Of a DNA stretch of 64,000 nucleotides, positions 14,451 through 28,675 are shown one piece after another. This DNA is from the human T2T-CHM13v2.0 reference genome, Homo sapiens. Numbering within the stretch: position 1 is the first letter of the stretch; every line of letters starts with the position of its first letter. The notes below the pieces were generated by a model. The model was not told where the DNA came from. It worked only from the letters and a program-made list of their open reading frames with translations, and did not search any database. The stretch lies in the NCBI RefSeq assembly GCF_009914755.1, contig NC_060931.1; one strand, given 5' to 3'. The position numbers and the translations under genes were made by a program.

Positions 14451-14504
14451 ACGACTGCCAGGCATCCTTGCTAGGCACGGCCTGGGAAACATTCTCCGTT
14501 TCAT
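14451..14504 (-). CDS. GNA12: Coding part of alternative first exon of GNA12 (MKRRMFPRPCLARMPGSR)
   Basis: ATG at 14504 with an in-frame TAG just upstream; 54 nt ending CGT|GTGAGT (phase 0). The peptide matches my recollection of a shorter annotated GNA12 isoform N-terminus. Confidence 0.75.
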
Positions 14505-14609
14505 TTCAAATGCCTACAATACAGTAGGCGCTCTGCACTCGGCATGGCTGACAAGGACGTCACTGTATCCAGGTCTAATCTCGCCCCTTCCACCCAATCC
14601 AGTCCCCTG

Positions 14610-15035
14610 TCAAAGCCACCAAGCGCCGCCACTGTGGCAGGCTCCGAGGACACAACAGAGAACCAGACAGACAAGGCCTTGCCCGCATGAGGCTTCCAAG
14701 CTCACTGGAGAAGGAGCAATACAAAAAGCAAGTGGACAGGAACATCGGCGAGGTGCCTGCGGTCCGGCACTGTGAGTGTGCTCTCAAGGAGGAAGCCAGT
14801 CAGCGGACCTACAGTCAAGGAGGCTGCTTAAATGAGGGCTGTTGGGGAAGGCGGCTCAGGAGGAGGCATTTACAAGACCTTAAGGAGGGGCCGGCTGCGC
14901 AGCAGGGGCAGGAGGAGCTTTCCTGGTGGAAGGAATCTCACGCACGAAGACCCTGAGCTTCGCATTTTTGAAACACTAAAGAAAACATGAGGGAGGCTGG
15001 AGCGTGTAGGAGAGATGACTCAGCGCAGGTTGGAG
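14610..15035 (-). mobile_element. L2 fragment
   Basis: GGACACAACAGAGAACCAGACAGACAAGGCCTTGCCC and GGAGGCTGGAGCGTG resemble reverse-strand L2. Confidence 0.55.
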
Positions 15036-15049
15036 TGCAGGGCTATATT

Positions 15050-15410
15050 GGCGGCCCAGGCTCCACACTGCAGGCAGCCATATGCCTCTGCCAACCACCC
15101 CAGGGCCAAGCACTGGACAACCAGGGACCACCCTGATAGCACAGAGGCTGGGGAAATTACTCAAACCAGCCAATCCTAAACCGCGGATGCTGCCTTGCCC
15201 ATTTCTTTTCAGAAACCACAATCGAGGCTCTTGCCCACAAGTCCCCCTCCGCCTCCTGACCCAGCGTGGTGCTCCCTGGAGCCTGGTGCTCCCCGTGTGG
15301 CCCCGTGTGCTGTGCCTCCTGTTTCTACAAATCTGTGAGCACAAGCTCCTTCCTCACAACAGTCCCGTCTGTGTCTTAGCACACCTGATGACGTCCAATC
15401 CCAGAGACAT
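15050..15410 (+). mobile_element. ERVL LTR fragment (MER74/MER54-like)
   Basis: AAATTACTCAAACCAGCCAATCCTAAAC...GAAACCACAATCGAGGCTCTTGCCCAC. Confidence 0.65.
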
Positions 15411-15742
15411 TTCCCATCACTCCTCTGCTCCTCTCCATCTACACAAACACTGAATTTTTCATTCATCTGAAAATAAGGGAGATAGTTTTTGAGTTCATTT
15501 AATAGCCTTGCTGAGACTTTCCATGAGAAGCAATGGTTGACAGCCCCTGGCAAAGCTGGGCCTGCGTGGAACTGACCCAGCAACTCTGCGTCTAAGTACA
15601 CATCCCGGAGAGACCCTGGCCGCCGCGCACGGAGGCGTGGACACGGACACACAGTGCAGCACTGTTGGTCGCAGGGAAAACGGTAAACAACCTGAATACG
15701 CATTCACAGGGAACGGATCAGCAATTATGGTAAGTAATGTGA

Positions 15743-16120
<378 letters not shown>

Positions 16121-16269
16121 TAAATGATATATTCAAAATAATGCCATTTCCATAAATTCTTAAAAACAAGTAATATACATATTGATTATGGACTCAAAAC
16201 ATGTACAGAACACAAATTGAATAATTATCCAGCTCATGCCAGGGTTTCCTCGGTGGGAAGGGCAGTAGC

Positions 16270-16450
16270 AGCAGTGACAGTGAGAATGATATTGAAGCTA
16301 ACATTCACTGAACACCTACTCTGTCCAGGCACAGGTCTAGCACACATTAACTCATTCAATTCTTAAGAGCGGCCAGGAGACATCCATGATTACTGTCCCC
16401 ATTTCACAGATGAGAAAACTCAGGCTAGAGAAATGATCAGGAATGTGCAA
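16270..16450 (-). mobile_element. MIR
   Basis: CCCCATTTCACAGATGAGAAAACTCAGGCT. Confidence 0.75.
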
Positions 16451-16469
16451 TGCACTCCGGTGACTTCTT

Positions 16470-17280
16470 ACCGCCTCCTCTGCTCCCATCAAGTCAGTCT
16501 GGGTCTCTGCTGCTCTTCACTGATGCCCCTGCTCTCATTCTTGCCCACTTCCACCTCCTACCCCTGGAGGAGGTCTACACTCCCCACTTAACAAACAATG
16601 ACCCTTTTAAAAACACAGTTGGGTCAGTTCAACTCTCTACTTAAACTTTCCAATGGCTTCCCATCATACTCCACTTTATTTTTATTTATTTATTTTTGAG
16701 ACAGAGTCTCGCTCTATTGCCCAGGCTGTAGCGCAATGGCGCGACCTCGGCTCACCGCAACCTCCACCTCCAGGGTTCAAGCGATTCTCCTGTCTCAGCC
16801 TCCTGATAGCTGAAATTACAGGCACGCGCCACCATGCCCAGCTCATTTTTTGTATTTTTAGTAGAAACGGGGTTTCACCACATTGGCCAGGCTGGTCTCG
16901 AACTCCTGACTTCAGGTGATTCCTCCCACCCCTGCCTCGGCCTCCCAAAGTGCTGGGATTACAGGCATGAGCCACCACACCCGGCCCATACTCCACTTTA
17001 AATGAGAATCCTTACACAGCCTGCAAGACTGTATATCCTCCCTTACCCCAGCCACCCCATGTCCACCTGCTCTCTCGCCCTCACTCACTCTGCTCTGCCC
17101 ACACCAGCCCCTCAGCTCTCTCTGTGGAGACATTATATATTTCTTCACTTACTCATTATTTGTCCCTAACCTGCCCATTACGCAGACAACATGGACTCTG
17201 ACTTTTGGCCACTGCTGTTATTCCCAATGCTGAAAACAGCCCCTGGCACTCAGATGTTTGTGGAACAAATGAATGAATGC
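16470..17280 (+). mobile_element. L2 interrupted by an Alu
   Basis: L2 motifs on both sides of the Alu; ends AAATGAATGAATG. Confidence 0.7.
16679..16986 (-). mobile_element. AluS
   Basis: TSD CATACTCCACTTTA. Confidence 0.95.
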
Positions 17281-17793
17281 AGCTGATCCAAGGTCACTCA
17301 GGATTCTGGTCTAAGCAGTTTGGTTCCAGTATTAGGACTGGGGAGGAGAACGGAACATAGAAGAAACATCTAAAGTTATGACAAATGTTGTCATCTATTA
17401 ATTGTGAATAAGGAATTCTTTGTTAATTATCATCTCCTCCTTCCATTCCTCCTTCCCTCCCTTTAGTTTTATTTTTAAGTCTCCATAAGTACACTACACA
17501 TGAATTATTAGTTCCAAATGTATTAGAACACCTGCTTTCATAGTTAGGAAACTAAACAAAAAAAGAAGAAAAAGTACTAGCACACTGTAAGATTGCTCTT
17601 AATGTTTCAAGTGGGACTGTAGTTCACTATAACGTATTAAAATTAATTCAATGAACACGGAATGACTCCCTACACAGCTAACAGGCATGTCAGGGTTTTG
17701 TAGGTTCTGGGGGGAGTCATCATTAAGAACATCAATTATTTACATAATAGTGTAATTCTGCCATTAAAAAACTGGCCATCTGACATAGAACAA

Positions 17794-17990
17794 AGTTTGT
17801 TTACCACATCAGTACTGACATCTGGGGGCTGGGGAATTCTGTTTTGGAGCGCCTCACACACTGCAGGACAGTCAGCAGCATCTCCAACCATCAGATGCCG
17901 GCGGCACCCATCAGTGTCACAACCAAACACGCCTGCAGACGCTGCCAAATGTCCCCCTGGGGAGCATAGTCTCTCCAACGGAGAACCACT
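17794..17990. mobile_element. MER20 (hAT-Charlie)
   Basis: GCTGCCAAATGTCCCCTGGGG...GAGAACCACTG terminus. Confidence 0.8.
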
Positions 17991-18039
17991 GATTAGAGGC
18001 TAGACAAACTACAGCTTGTAATAAAGAAAATACAACTTA

Positions 18040-18349
<310 letters not shown>

Positions 18350-18499
18350 GCAAAGGACAAACGAACAAGGGAGGGAGGCGACTCAAAGTGGCCTCTCCCA
18401 CAGGTTTCGCTTGCCGTTTTCACTTACTCTCTCTGACCAGCCTCACAACCCTTTCATGGTCCCCTGTAACTAGAAGGCTGTAAGGCAGGCCACAAGCCC

Positions 18500-19051
18500 G
18501 TGGCACGGGCAGAATTCTAAAGATGGCCGGGGGTATTCATCAATTGGGAACCTAGGTGAAAGGTCTTTGCAGAGGTAATTAAGGCTACCAATCAGCTGAG
18601 CTTAAAATAGGGCGATTATTCTGGATTACCCTGCGAGCCTGATGGAGTCACCAGTCCTTACAAGCAGATGTGGAAGGTGGAAAAGTCTGGCAGGTTCCTT
18701 GTGAGCCGCTCGCTGCTGGTTCTGAGTTGCAGGGGCTGCAAGCAAGACTGGAGGGAGGCCTCCAGGAGCCGAGGGAGGTCAGAAAAGAAACCGGACCTCA
18801 GTCCTACAGCTGCAAGGACCTGAACCCTTGCCACAACCTGAATGAACTTGGATGCCGATGCATTCCCAGAGCCTCCAAAAAGGAACACAGTCCGGCTGGA
18901 ACCTTCCTGTTAGTCTCATGACACTCAGGGCAACCAACTGAGCCACACTGTGCCCAGACCTCTGACCCAAGCAACTAGGAGCTAACAAATAAATGTTTTA
19001 AGTCCCGAAGCCTGTGGTAATTTGTTACAGTGGCAACAGAAAACCAAAACA
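18500..19051 (+). mobile_element. MaLR LTR (MLT1D/E-like)
   Basis: CTTTGCAGAGGTAATTAAGG; ends TGTGGTAATTTGTTACAGTGGCAACAGAAAACCAAAACA. Confidence 0.8.
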
Positions 19052-19149
19052 GCTGTGGAGGTGTATGTGACTCATTACTGAAAGGTGAGTTTATAAGTGA
19101 GAAACACAATAACCAAAAGCAGTCCCCTTAAGAAATTCCCTAGTCTGCA

Positions 19150-19976
19150 TAAAAGACAAATAATCCAAATTAAAAAAATGGGCAAAGGATCTGTATAGCC
19201 ATATCTCCAAAGAAGATACGCAAATGGCCCATAAGCACATGAAAAGATGCTATACCTCATTCACCATCGAGGAAAGGCAAACCGAAAACGGGATGGCTGG
19301 AATTCAAAGGACAGATAAACACAAGCACGGTTAGACCCCAAAGACGTTATATTGCTGGGAACAGAAATGTTGCGGCCAATTCAGAAACACTCGGGTAGCT
19401 CGTCAAAATGTTAAACATAAAGCAACCATTTGACTCAGCAATTCCACTCCTAGGAATACACCCAAGAGAAAACATGTTCACACCAAAACCCGCACATGGA
19501 TGTTTATAGCAACATCATTCATAACACACAAAAGATGGAAAGAACCTAGATGCCACTGACTGAGGCACGGATAAACAAAACGGGGCGTAGCAAAAGGGAA
19601 TGCTATTCGGCCGCTTAGAGGGATGACGATGCCACGCTACAGCATGGATGAACTTTGAAGAAACGATGCTAAGAAGTCCGTCGCAGAAGACAACATACTG
19701 TATGATTCCATTTACATAAAATGTTCAGAAAAGGCAAATCAACAGCGTCGAGAGAAATCCACGGTGTCGAAAGTGGGCTGGTGGCCGCCCGGGGCTGGGG
19801 CTGGGGCAGGAGGAAAATGTGCAGTGGCTGCAGGGTTTCTTTCTGGGGTGATGAAAATGTTTTAAAAATTGACTGTGGTGATGGCTGCACAGCTCTGTAA
19901 ATAGACTGAAGTCCACTGAATTGTAGGCTTTAAATGAGGGCATGGTATGATATGTGAGTTATAGCTCAATAAAGCT
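19150..19976 (+). mobile_element. L1MB-like 3' end
   Basis: ORF2 C-terminal and 3'UTR motifs (GCAATTCCACTCCTAGG, TGTATGATTCCATTTACAT); ends CTCAATAAAGCT. Confidence 0.85.
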
Positions 19977-20000
19977 TTTTTTTTTTTTTTTTTAAGCTGA

Positions 20001-20140
20001 GGCCAGGCATGGTGGCTCATGCCTGTAATCCCAGCACTTTGGGAGGCTGAGGTGAGAGGATCGCTTGAAACTAGCCCAGGAGACATGCAAAACCTATCGC
20101 TACAAAAAAATAAAAAATAAAATTAAAAAAGCTAAAAAAT
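20001..20140 (+). mobile_element. Alu left monomer
   Basis: Alu head plus A-rich tail. Confidence 0.85.
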
Positions 20141-20319
20141 TGAAAAAGAAAGTCCCAAGCGCTGTAAAGCACAGAGCACGGAAGTGACACACAGTGTGGC
20201 AGCTGCTTGTTGTCCAGACCTGCCCCACCGGCCAGTCACCAGCTCCTGACTCACTGACCACCCTGGCCTCTGCCCTGTAATCTTCCAAAGAGGAAACTCC
20301 AACTGTGTCTTTTAAAACT

Positions 20320-20613
20320 TTTTACTTTAGAGACAGGATCTCACTCTGTCACCCAGGCTGGAATGCAGTGGTGCAATCACAGCTCTCTGCAGCTTTCAAG
20401 CTCCTGGACTCAAGCCATCCTCTTGCCTCAGACTCCCATGTAGCTGGGATTACAGGCATGCACCACCATGGCCAGCTAATTTCTAAAAATTTCTGATAGA
20501 GATGGGATCTCACTATGTTGCTCAGGCTGGTCTTGAACTGCTGACTTCAAGAAACCTCCTGCCTTGGACTCCCAAAGTGCCAGGATTACAGGCGTGAGCC
20601 ACCGCGCCCGGCC
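20320..20613 (-). mobile_element. AluJ-like
   Basis: Full dimer, reverse strand. Confidence 0.92.
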
Positions 20614-22035
20614 TACATCCATGTTTTCATCAACATGGACAAAACTCCACAGGAATCACTCCCATTTCACAAAAATGTTGTCTAGGTGAAAGATGCCAAT
20701 CAATTATTCTCTGGTTAATGTTCTGCTTATTCTTGGCTTAAGAATTTTTGTGATGACGCTTAGATTACAGATGTTCTGCAAGACAGGCTGAGAAACAGAA
20801 TCATTCCAATCACTCCTGCTGTATCCTGAGGGGAGACTCTCCGCCTGTTCAACACAGGGACACGCTGCCTCCCGTGGCAAGGTGACTGTCTTGCTGCTGA
20901 CTCGGGCAAAAAGACCATGAGAATGAATTCACCAACCAGGGTTCCCTTCCCTCGTAAATACTGTGAGAAAATGGATGTCAGTCTCCAGCTGACCGCAGAG
21001 AAATCACGGCCAGGTGTTGGCACTTACAGAGAAGAATGAATACAGAACTGCTTTAATCATCCACTCAGGAAACTCCCCAATTGTATCAATGACTCTATAT
21101 AAGGAAGCGAGGCTTGCAACTCCAAACGAACTCACTGGGTGGCCCCAAGCAAAACAATTCACCCCAAACGGTGTGCCCTATGGACAAGAGAAACTCCTGC
21201 AGTTATTCTATTTTCTCAGCTCCCTGCTCCTCGTTTTCCTCCACCTTAGCAAGACAGTGATGAACAATGCTAGGTAAGCTCTTTCCCTTCCTGTGGCAAG
21301 TCTAGTAGCAAAGGGCTAGTTGCCAGGAAACATGAGGTTACACCATATTCCTGCTTAGTGGAATCCTGACCTTCATGTTACTAAAACATGAAAAATACTT
21401 TGTTTACAAGATCATCAATATTAAAATTTGGCTTTCAAGTTCCCTAAGACCTTTTTCCTGTATTTATTACAAGAATTTATTTATGCATCCAACAAATACT
21501 CAAATGCCTACTATGTGCTGCCATGGTGCCAGGCCCTAGGGACACAGGGGAATCAGACCAGGCCCTCGCATGCCCGCCCAGGCTGACATTCCAGGATGTG
21601 ATGACTAGAACTATGTAAAATGTGATATACACATCAACAAGGGTGATTCAGATTACCACCAACATTTCTTAACAAACCTAGCTAAAAAACGTTAGAATGT
21701 GCTTAGCCTTCCCATTCTCTTTTAACTTTTTATCTAAACCTACAAATTCTGAAGCTTCTGTGGGAAGCTATGCCTCCTCCGAGATGTTGTTCTTCGTACG
21801 TTTTCAACCATACAGCGGCAGCGACTGGAGTGGTTGTTTTGCATGTCAGGCTTCACTGGGCAATTTCTTCAGAATTCAGAGATCTACCTACTGGAACTAG
21901 CATCTGTAGACAGTCCAGTAACTAAGAGTGGTAGTTCTGAGTTAGGTGGGCCTGAGACCTGGCACACTCTTAACCTCCCCAATCTAAGACATATCTTATG
22001 GAAGTCCCCTTCTCAAACCCTGATAAAGATTGAAG

Positions 22036-22397
22036 GGCCAAGCGTGGTGGCTCTCGCCTGTAATCCCAGCACTTTGGGAGGCCAAGGTGGGAGGGCTGCT
22101 TGAGCCCAAGAGCGTGAGATCAGCCTCAATCAACAAAAAGAAAAAGGACTGCAAGCCCAGGGCAGGAGGACTGCTTGAGCCCAGGAGTTTGAGACCAGGC
22201 TGGGCAACATAGTGAGTCCTTGTTTCTACAGAAAAATTAGCCAGGCGTGGTGGTGCGTGCCTGTGGTCCCAGCTACACAGGAGGCTGAACTGAGAGGATC
22301 ACTTGAGTCCAGAAAGTAAAGGCTGCAGCGAGCTATGATCGCCCCACTGCACTCCAGCCTGGGCGACAGAGTAAGACTCCGTTTCCAAAAGAAAAGA
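22036..22397 (+). mobile_element. Composite Alu (extra left monomer plus AluJ)
   Basis: Left-arm sequence occurs twice before the right arm. Confidence 0.85.
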
Positions 22398-23659
22398 AAG
22401 ATTTAAAGACAATGACTTGGAAAGGAGTTGAAGGAGATAAACACTCAACCCCCTCAGTCCCTAAGAGAGTCTGCTCAGCCCCCTCCTAGATGTGATAAAA
22501 AGGTGCTCCCTAGATTCACTATCAGTCCTCTGCCCATTCCCTGGCCTCCCATTACTGGAATTCAACATGGTTTAGGAGATTAAAGACACTGAGTCTTTCA
22601 GGGACATTACAGTTACCAACCACTCTGATGGCCTTGAAGAAAGTAACTTTAATTCTCAGTAACTATTTGTATATTATTTGTAACTAAAAACGTGGGGTCC
22701 GAGGCATCATCTATGGCAGGCTTTGTTGGAGGGCCTTTTCCAGGCTTCCTGGTGTAGTCCAGAGACGGCCCCATACCCTGAAGAACCCTTCTGTCTGCTT
22801 CATCCAGCATACACACAAACCCAAGGGACCTCGCCTTCCCCAGCTCTACAGAGACAAGAGGGAACTATTTATATAAAAAGGCTACTTATCTGACTGAAGG
22901 CTGATAGCAGTAAGGGCAAAAGCGTGTTCTGACACTCCAACTTCAACCGCAGCCCCAATTCAGGACTTTGACGGCATATGCAGGAGGAGTGCTTGGGGAA
23001 GGTAACAGGAACAGAGGGCATAAGGAAGAACAAATGAGAACCTTCAAGAATTAGACAATCATTCTTTGGTCTTTCAAGCATGCTAATAATAACCCTCTGC
23101 AGATTTAGAAAAATAAAACTGTTCGGGAAGAGGCCAGTCGTTGCTTAAAAGAATTAGAACAATTCGTTCAATAAGCACTTAGGAAGTGTCTGTTACAAGC
23201 TGGAATACAGGAAAAATAAAAATGCAATACTCAATGTCAAAGGATCTTTCATTCTAGTTGGCTAGGCAAGCTAAAAAAAAAATTAAAAATTAAAAAAGCA
23301 TGTTGCAGACATAATAAAGCACAAACTACCTACTAATATCTATAAAACCCAATGCAAATGAGTAAACTTCATAGAATAAAGATCATGCAGTAAAATTACT
23401 TAGAGAAAGAAGCAATGTCTTTTCTAAGACTCTTTTTCCCATGAAAATAATGCGCATTCTAGAAAACAGAGATAAGGGCAATAAAAATAAATCCCCTTTA
23501 ATTAGAGAGAAACGCTCATTACATGTTAGTGTCATTACCATATGCCACCACCATTCTTTTTGCTCACATTCAAAACATGGTTCCTAAAAGATAGTTGACT
23601 CCTTTTCCAGTTGAACAGATCACACCCATGTCTGCCTGTCTCAAAAATGGTATTTTCAA

Positions 23660-24240
23660 CATCAACACTTTCACAACATTTCTAGGATCTGACCGCTTCC
23701 CAGCATCTCCACTCCTAACACGCTGGTCCCACAGATCAGGATGACAGCCTCTCACTGCCCCCACGTCCACCTGGTCTCCCTCAGTGAGGGTGGCCAGGGC
23801 AACCCCGTGAATGTCCAAGTCAGATCCTGCCACTCCTCTGCAGAAATCCTCAGGGACAAAGAGCCCCTCACACACAGAGTTAAGGCCCGCGTCTTCCCAG
23901 TGGCCTGCACCCGCCTCTGCCCATCCAGGGGTCTCCTCCCTCACTACACAGCCATCACACTGGCTCCTCTGGGTCTGCGGAGGCCTCTGCACTTGGGGTG
24001 CTCTCCCCATCACCTCTGCAGGCGGCTCCCTGCCACCCCTGACATGGACACGCTCTCGCCCTGCTTTCTCCTGCCCCCAGCACTTGTTGCTTTCTAACAT
24101 TTCATAAGACGTGCCTGTTTACCCTGTGGATCGTCTGTTTCCCACACTAGAATGTAAGCTCTACATGGCAAGCATTTGTTTCCAATGATGTATCCCGGGC
24201 ACTTGATATACAGAAGGTGCTCGATAAATATCAGCTGATT
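23660..24240 (+). mobile_element. L2
   Basis: CCCACACTAGAATGTAAGCTCTACATGGC...GGTGCTCGATAAATATC. Confidence 0.8.
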
Positions 24241-24366
24241 CACCGACTTATTAAAAGCTGTGTAGTGCCCATCACACACCACAGTTCAATCAGTCAGCCC
24301 CAACAGGTGGCGATTAGGTCATTCCAGGATTTTAACAATGCAAATCAAACCGCAATAAAAAAATCC

Positions 24367-24510
24367 CTGCTGCTCAAAGCGTAGCTGAGGGCCGGTGGCA
24401 GCACAGCCATCACCTAGGAGCTCACAGACCTCCCAGGCCTACTGAATAGAATCTGCATTTGAACAGCATGGCCAGGTGACCACAGGCACAGGAAGTCCAA
24501 GAACCACTTT
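24367..24510. mobile_element. MER5A-like DNA transposon
   Basis: CCTACTGAATAGAATCTGCATTTGAACAG...AGAACCACT. Confidence 0.7.
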
Positions 24511-25449
24511 CCGACTAAAGACAAGGGAGGAGGCCCCTCTCCCTCAGGCCCCGTGAGGGTGAGGTCTGCACCTGCGGGTGGACAGACACCTGGCTTGCCT
24601 CCTCCTAGATCTCGCTCTGGGTAGTACCCAAGACTCCATGACCATCTCTAAACATCAGACTGCCACCAAAAGACAGGTTACAACAATTTACATCCTAAAT
24701 CCAGGCACCCAACAGGAAACAAGCAGGACACTCAAATTAGGAACTAATCACAAAGGTGTGGGGGAAGCCCGAGAAACAAGACAGAAGGAATCCTGGGGCG
24801 TGGGAGGGGAGAAGAAATACTGAACCTCACTCTCTCCCCTCCCTCCCTCCGAGCTCTTGCCAGGACTTCCCACTGGCCAACCAGAAGCCAGAAAGCACAA
24901 CACTCGCTGCTACAATCTATACAGGTCACCCCAAGAGCAGAGAGCTGACAGAAGCAGGAGAGAGGGCGGGAAGGGGCGGACAGAAGCTTCCCAGCATGTG
25001 CGCCCCCAGCAGTGTATGAAGACGCTTTCCTCTTTTCCCTAAAGGGGTGTGTTTTCATTTCACATAATATGAAGACGCCATGAAGAAGATGTAAACTAGG
25101 GAAGGAGGTGCTGGAGAGAAGGGAGCTATCTCAGAGAGGAGGAGAAGTGCGTTTGTGCCATCATACAGCTACTGTGGTCATTTCTGGCTGAGAAGGTATC
25201 GAGCTGATGGGAGGCTGAGGGCCGCTATAGTTTTGTAAACAGGAAAGCAGCCTTATGAAAAATGCCTGAGAAAACGTGTGCTGGCGTTTGCGTCCAGGAC
25301 ACTGAAAGAAGGAGGATGCAGGACAGAGAAGCCAGGGAAACGGCTGTGGTGGGGCCGCAGACACAAAGCAGCTGCGGCAGCTGAAGAGAACAAGTCTTTA
25401 GAGTACGCTCATTCCAGCGTTCATCCCAGCATTCCCACCACCCAGGGGA

Positions 25450-26990
25450 CAACCAGCACATAGAAAGACGCTCCACACCATATATCATTAGGGCACTGCT
25501 AATTAAAATACTGAGATGCCATTCCTCACCTCTTAGGGCGGCTAAAATCCAAAACAGACAATGCCACATGGTAGCCAGGAAGTGGAGCAACAGGAACTCT
25601 CATTCCCTGCTCTGGGAATGCAAACTCCGGAAGACAGTTGGGCAGTTTCTTACAAAACTAAACATACTCGGGCCGGGGGCGGTGGCTCACACCTGTAATC
25701 CTAGCACTTTGGGAGGCGCAGGCGGGCAGATCACGAGGTCAGGAGTTTGAAACCAGCCAGGCCAACATGGTGAAACTTTGTCTCTACTAAAAATACAAAA
25801 AATTAGCCAGGCTTGGTGGTGGATGCCTGTAATCCCAGCTACTTGGGAGGCTAAGACAGGAAAATCACTTGAACCTGGAAGCAGAGGTTGCAGTGAGCCG
25901 AGATCACGCCACTGTACTCCAGCCTGGGTGACAGAGTGAGACTCCATCTCAAAAAAAAAAAAAAAAAAACCAACAAAAGCAAATACTTGTACCATATAAT
26001 CCAGCAATTAACTGCACTTGAAATGAGTTGAACACTTATGTCTACACAAAAGCCTGCACACAGGTGTTTACCACAGCTTTATTCATAAGTGCCAAAACTT
26101 AGGAGTCACCAAAATGTCCTTCAGCAGGTAAATGGATAAACAAAGTGTGGTATATCCATACAAAGGTATACAACTCCATAATGAAAAGAAATAAACTAAC
26201 ATGCCACGGAAAGACACAGAAACCTTAAATATGTATTGCTAAGTGAAAGAAGCCCATGTGAAAAGGCTACATATTCCTGATTCCAACTACAGGACATTCT
26301 GGAAAAGGAAAAACGATGGAGACAGTAAACGCTCAGAGGCTGCCAGGGGTTGAGGGGAGACAGGGAAGGAGGGATGAACAGGTAGAACAAGGAGGATTTT
26401 TAGGGCAGTGAAACTATTTTGAATGATGCCATAACGGTGGAGACATTTGTCAAAACCCACAGAACTATGCAACACAACGAGTGAACCCTAATGCAAACTA
26501 TGGACTTCAGTTAATAATATATTCATATTCACTCACAACTTTCCCAACCCTAGCACACTAATGCAAGATGTTACTCACAGGGGAAAACTGGTGTGGGGGA
26601 GGCAGGCAGTATGTGGGAAATCTGTATTTTCTGCTCAGTTTTTCTGTAAACCTAAAATTAAGTGATAAAGTATATTAATTTTAAAAAAGTGAAGGAAGCC
26701 AGACACAAAAGGTCACATATTATATGATTCCATTTATATGAAATATTCAGAATAGGTAAATTCATGGAGACAGAAAACAGATTAGTGGTTGCCAGGGGCC
26801 GGGAGAAGGAGGGAATGGGGAGTCACTACTAACGTGTCCAGATCTCCTTTTGGAGTGATTGGAACGTTTTGGAATTTGATAGAGGTGGTGGGTGAACAAC
26901 ACAGTGAATGTACTAAATGCTACTGAATGTACACTTCCAGATGATTAATTGTATGGTATGTGAATTTTACCTCGATTATTTTAAAAAACA
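25450..26990 (+). mobile_element. L1MC-like 3' region (Alu at 25671-25975) followed by a second L1M 3' end
   Basis: GTGGAGCAACAGGAACTCTCATT and GAGTGAACCCTAATGCAAACTATGGACTT; second 3'UTR from ~26690. Confidence 0.85.
25671..25975 (+). mobile_element. AluS
   Basis: Full dimer. Confidence 0.95.
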
Positions 26991-27927
26991 GAGTGAAAAC
27001 AGAAAGGTTGTATTAACGAAACTTCAGCTGGTCAGGTGAAGTCTGTGATGTCGCGTGAGAATTCAAGCACTGTGGCCCGGACTGAAGGCACCTAAACTGA
27101 GGGAATAACCACCAAACTGACTGGAAGGGAACCACAGTGGCTTCTGCATAACCACGCTGAGGACAGTGGGGCTGGGCTGGTCCGTGAGCAGTGCAGAGGA
27201 CAGAACAGGACTCCTGACTGCAGTGACACCAGGACATGACTTAGAATAGGGCAGATGGCAGGACCAATGTCAGAACCACTCAGAGAAAGGAGTTATAATG
27301 AAGGAAAGAATCACCTAATTATAAAAACATACCAAAGAAAATATTCATGTATATCTATCATGAGGTATTGCTAATTAACTACAAAAACATCGCGCAAATT
27401 TTTTTAGAAGACTCAATTCAAGATTGAAGTCTTTTAACCTACTTCAAAAACACCTACATTTGAAACATTCTCCCTACCCCCGATACTTTATTTAAAATTT
27501 TTTTTAATTAATGAAAGACTAGAAAAAGGGCGTCTTACTTTACCAGAAGAGTTCTAATTTGCTCCAGATAACAGGAAAGAACTCAGGCAAGTTGGTGGCT
27601 CTTTTCCTGAAGTTACCAAGAATTAAGAAACAAGACAAGTTTCCAATTAAAAAAGAAAATGCCGAAGATGTTGTGGTCTCCTTGGCAGATATTTACACAT
27701 TCTAAAAATATTCAAGATTACAAAAATTGTAAAGCAAGATTCAAACCAGAAATTAAAACACCTACAATTCAAAATGAAAACTTCCTGAAAACTGCAGAGG
27801 AATACAGGGAGAAAAGGCTTTAAATAATCACTACTGGACAGCTAAATTATATTCCTAAGGATTTGTACTATAAAATAACTATCACCAATGCAGTTTCTAA
27901 ACTAATGTTTGCTGTAGACAATAGTTA

Positions 27928-28092
27928 TTTTTATTTTTTCAGAGACAGGGTCTCACTCTGTCAACAGCCCGGGCTGGAGTGAAGTGGCACGATCCTAGCT
28001 TACTGTAATCTTGAACTGCTGTGCTCAAGCGATCCTCCTGCCTCGGCCTCCCAAACTGCTGGGATTACAGGCATGAGCCTCCACATCCAGCC
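27928..28092 (-). mobile_element. Alu monomer (FRAM/FAM-like)
   Basis: Single-arm Alu. Confidence 0.85.
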
Positions 28093-28316
28093 GGTATTGT
28101 TATATGGTACCAGGGACGCAGCTGGGGAAAGATCAAAGTGTTGTCTACCAAGCTGGCTGCAGGTGGCTGCCCCCAAGTCCTCTAGCTCCTGTTACCTTAG
28201 GACGCTACGTTAAAACACCAGGAAAGGGAAAACAAAACTATTCCTGCTCTAGTGACTTCAGTTTAGCAGGTGGTCAAAGAAATAAATTTCCCTCTACTCC
28301 AATGGAGTCTTCTTTA

Positions 28317-28675
<359 letters not shown>

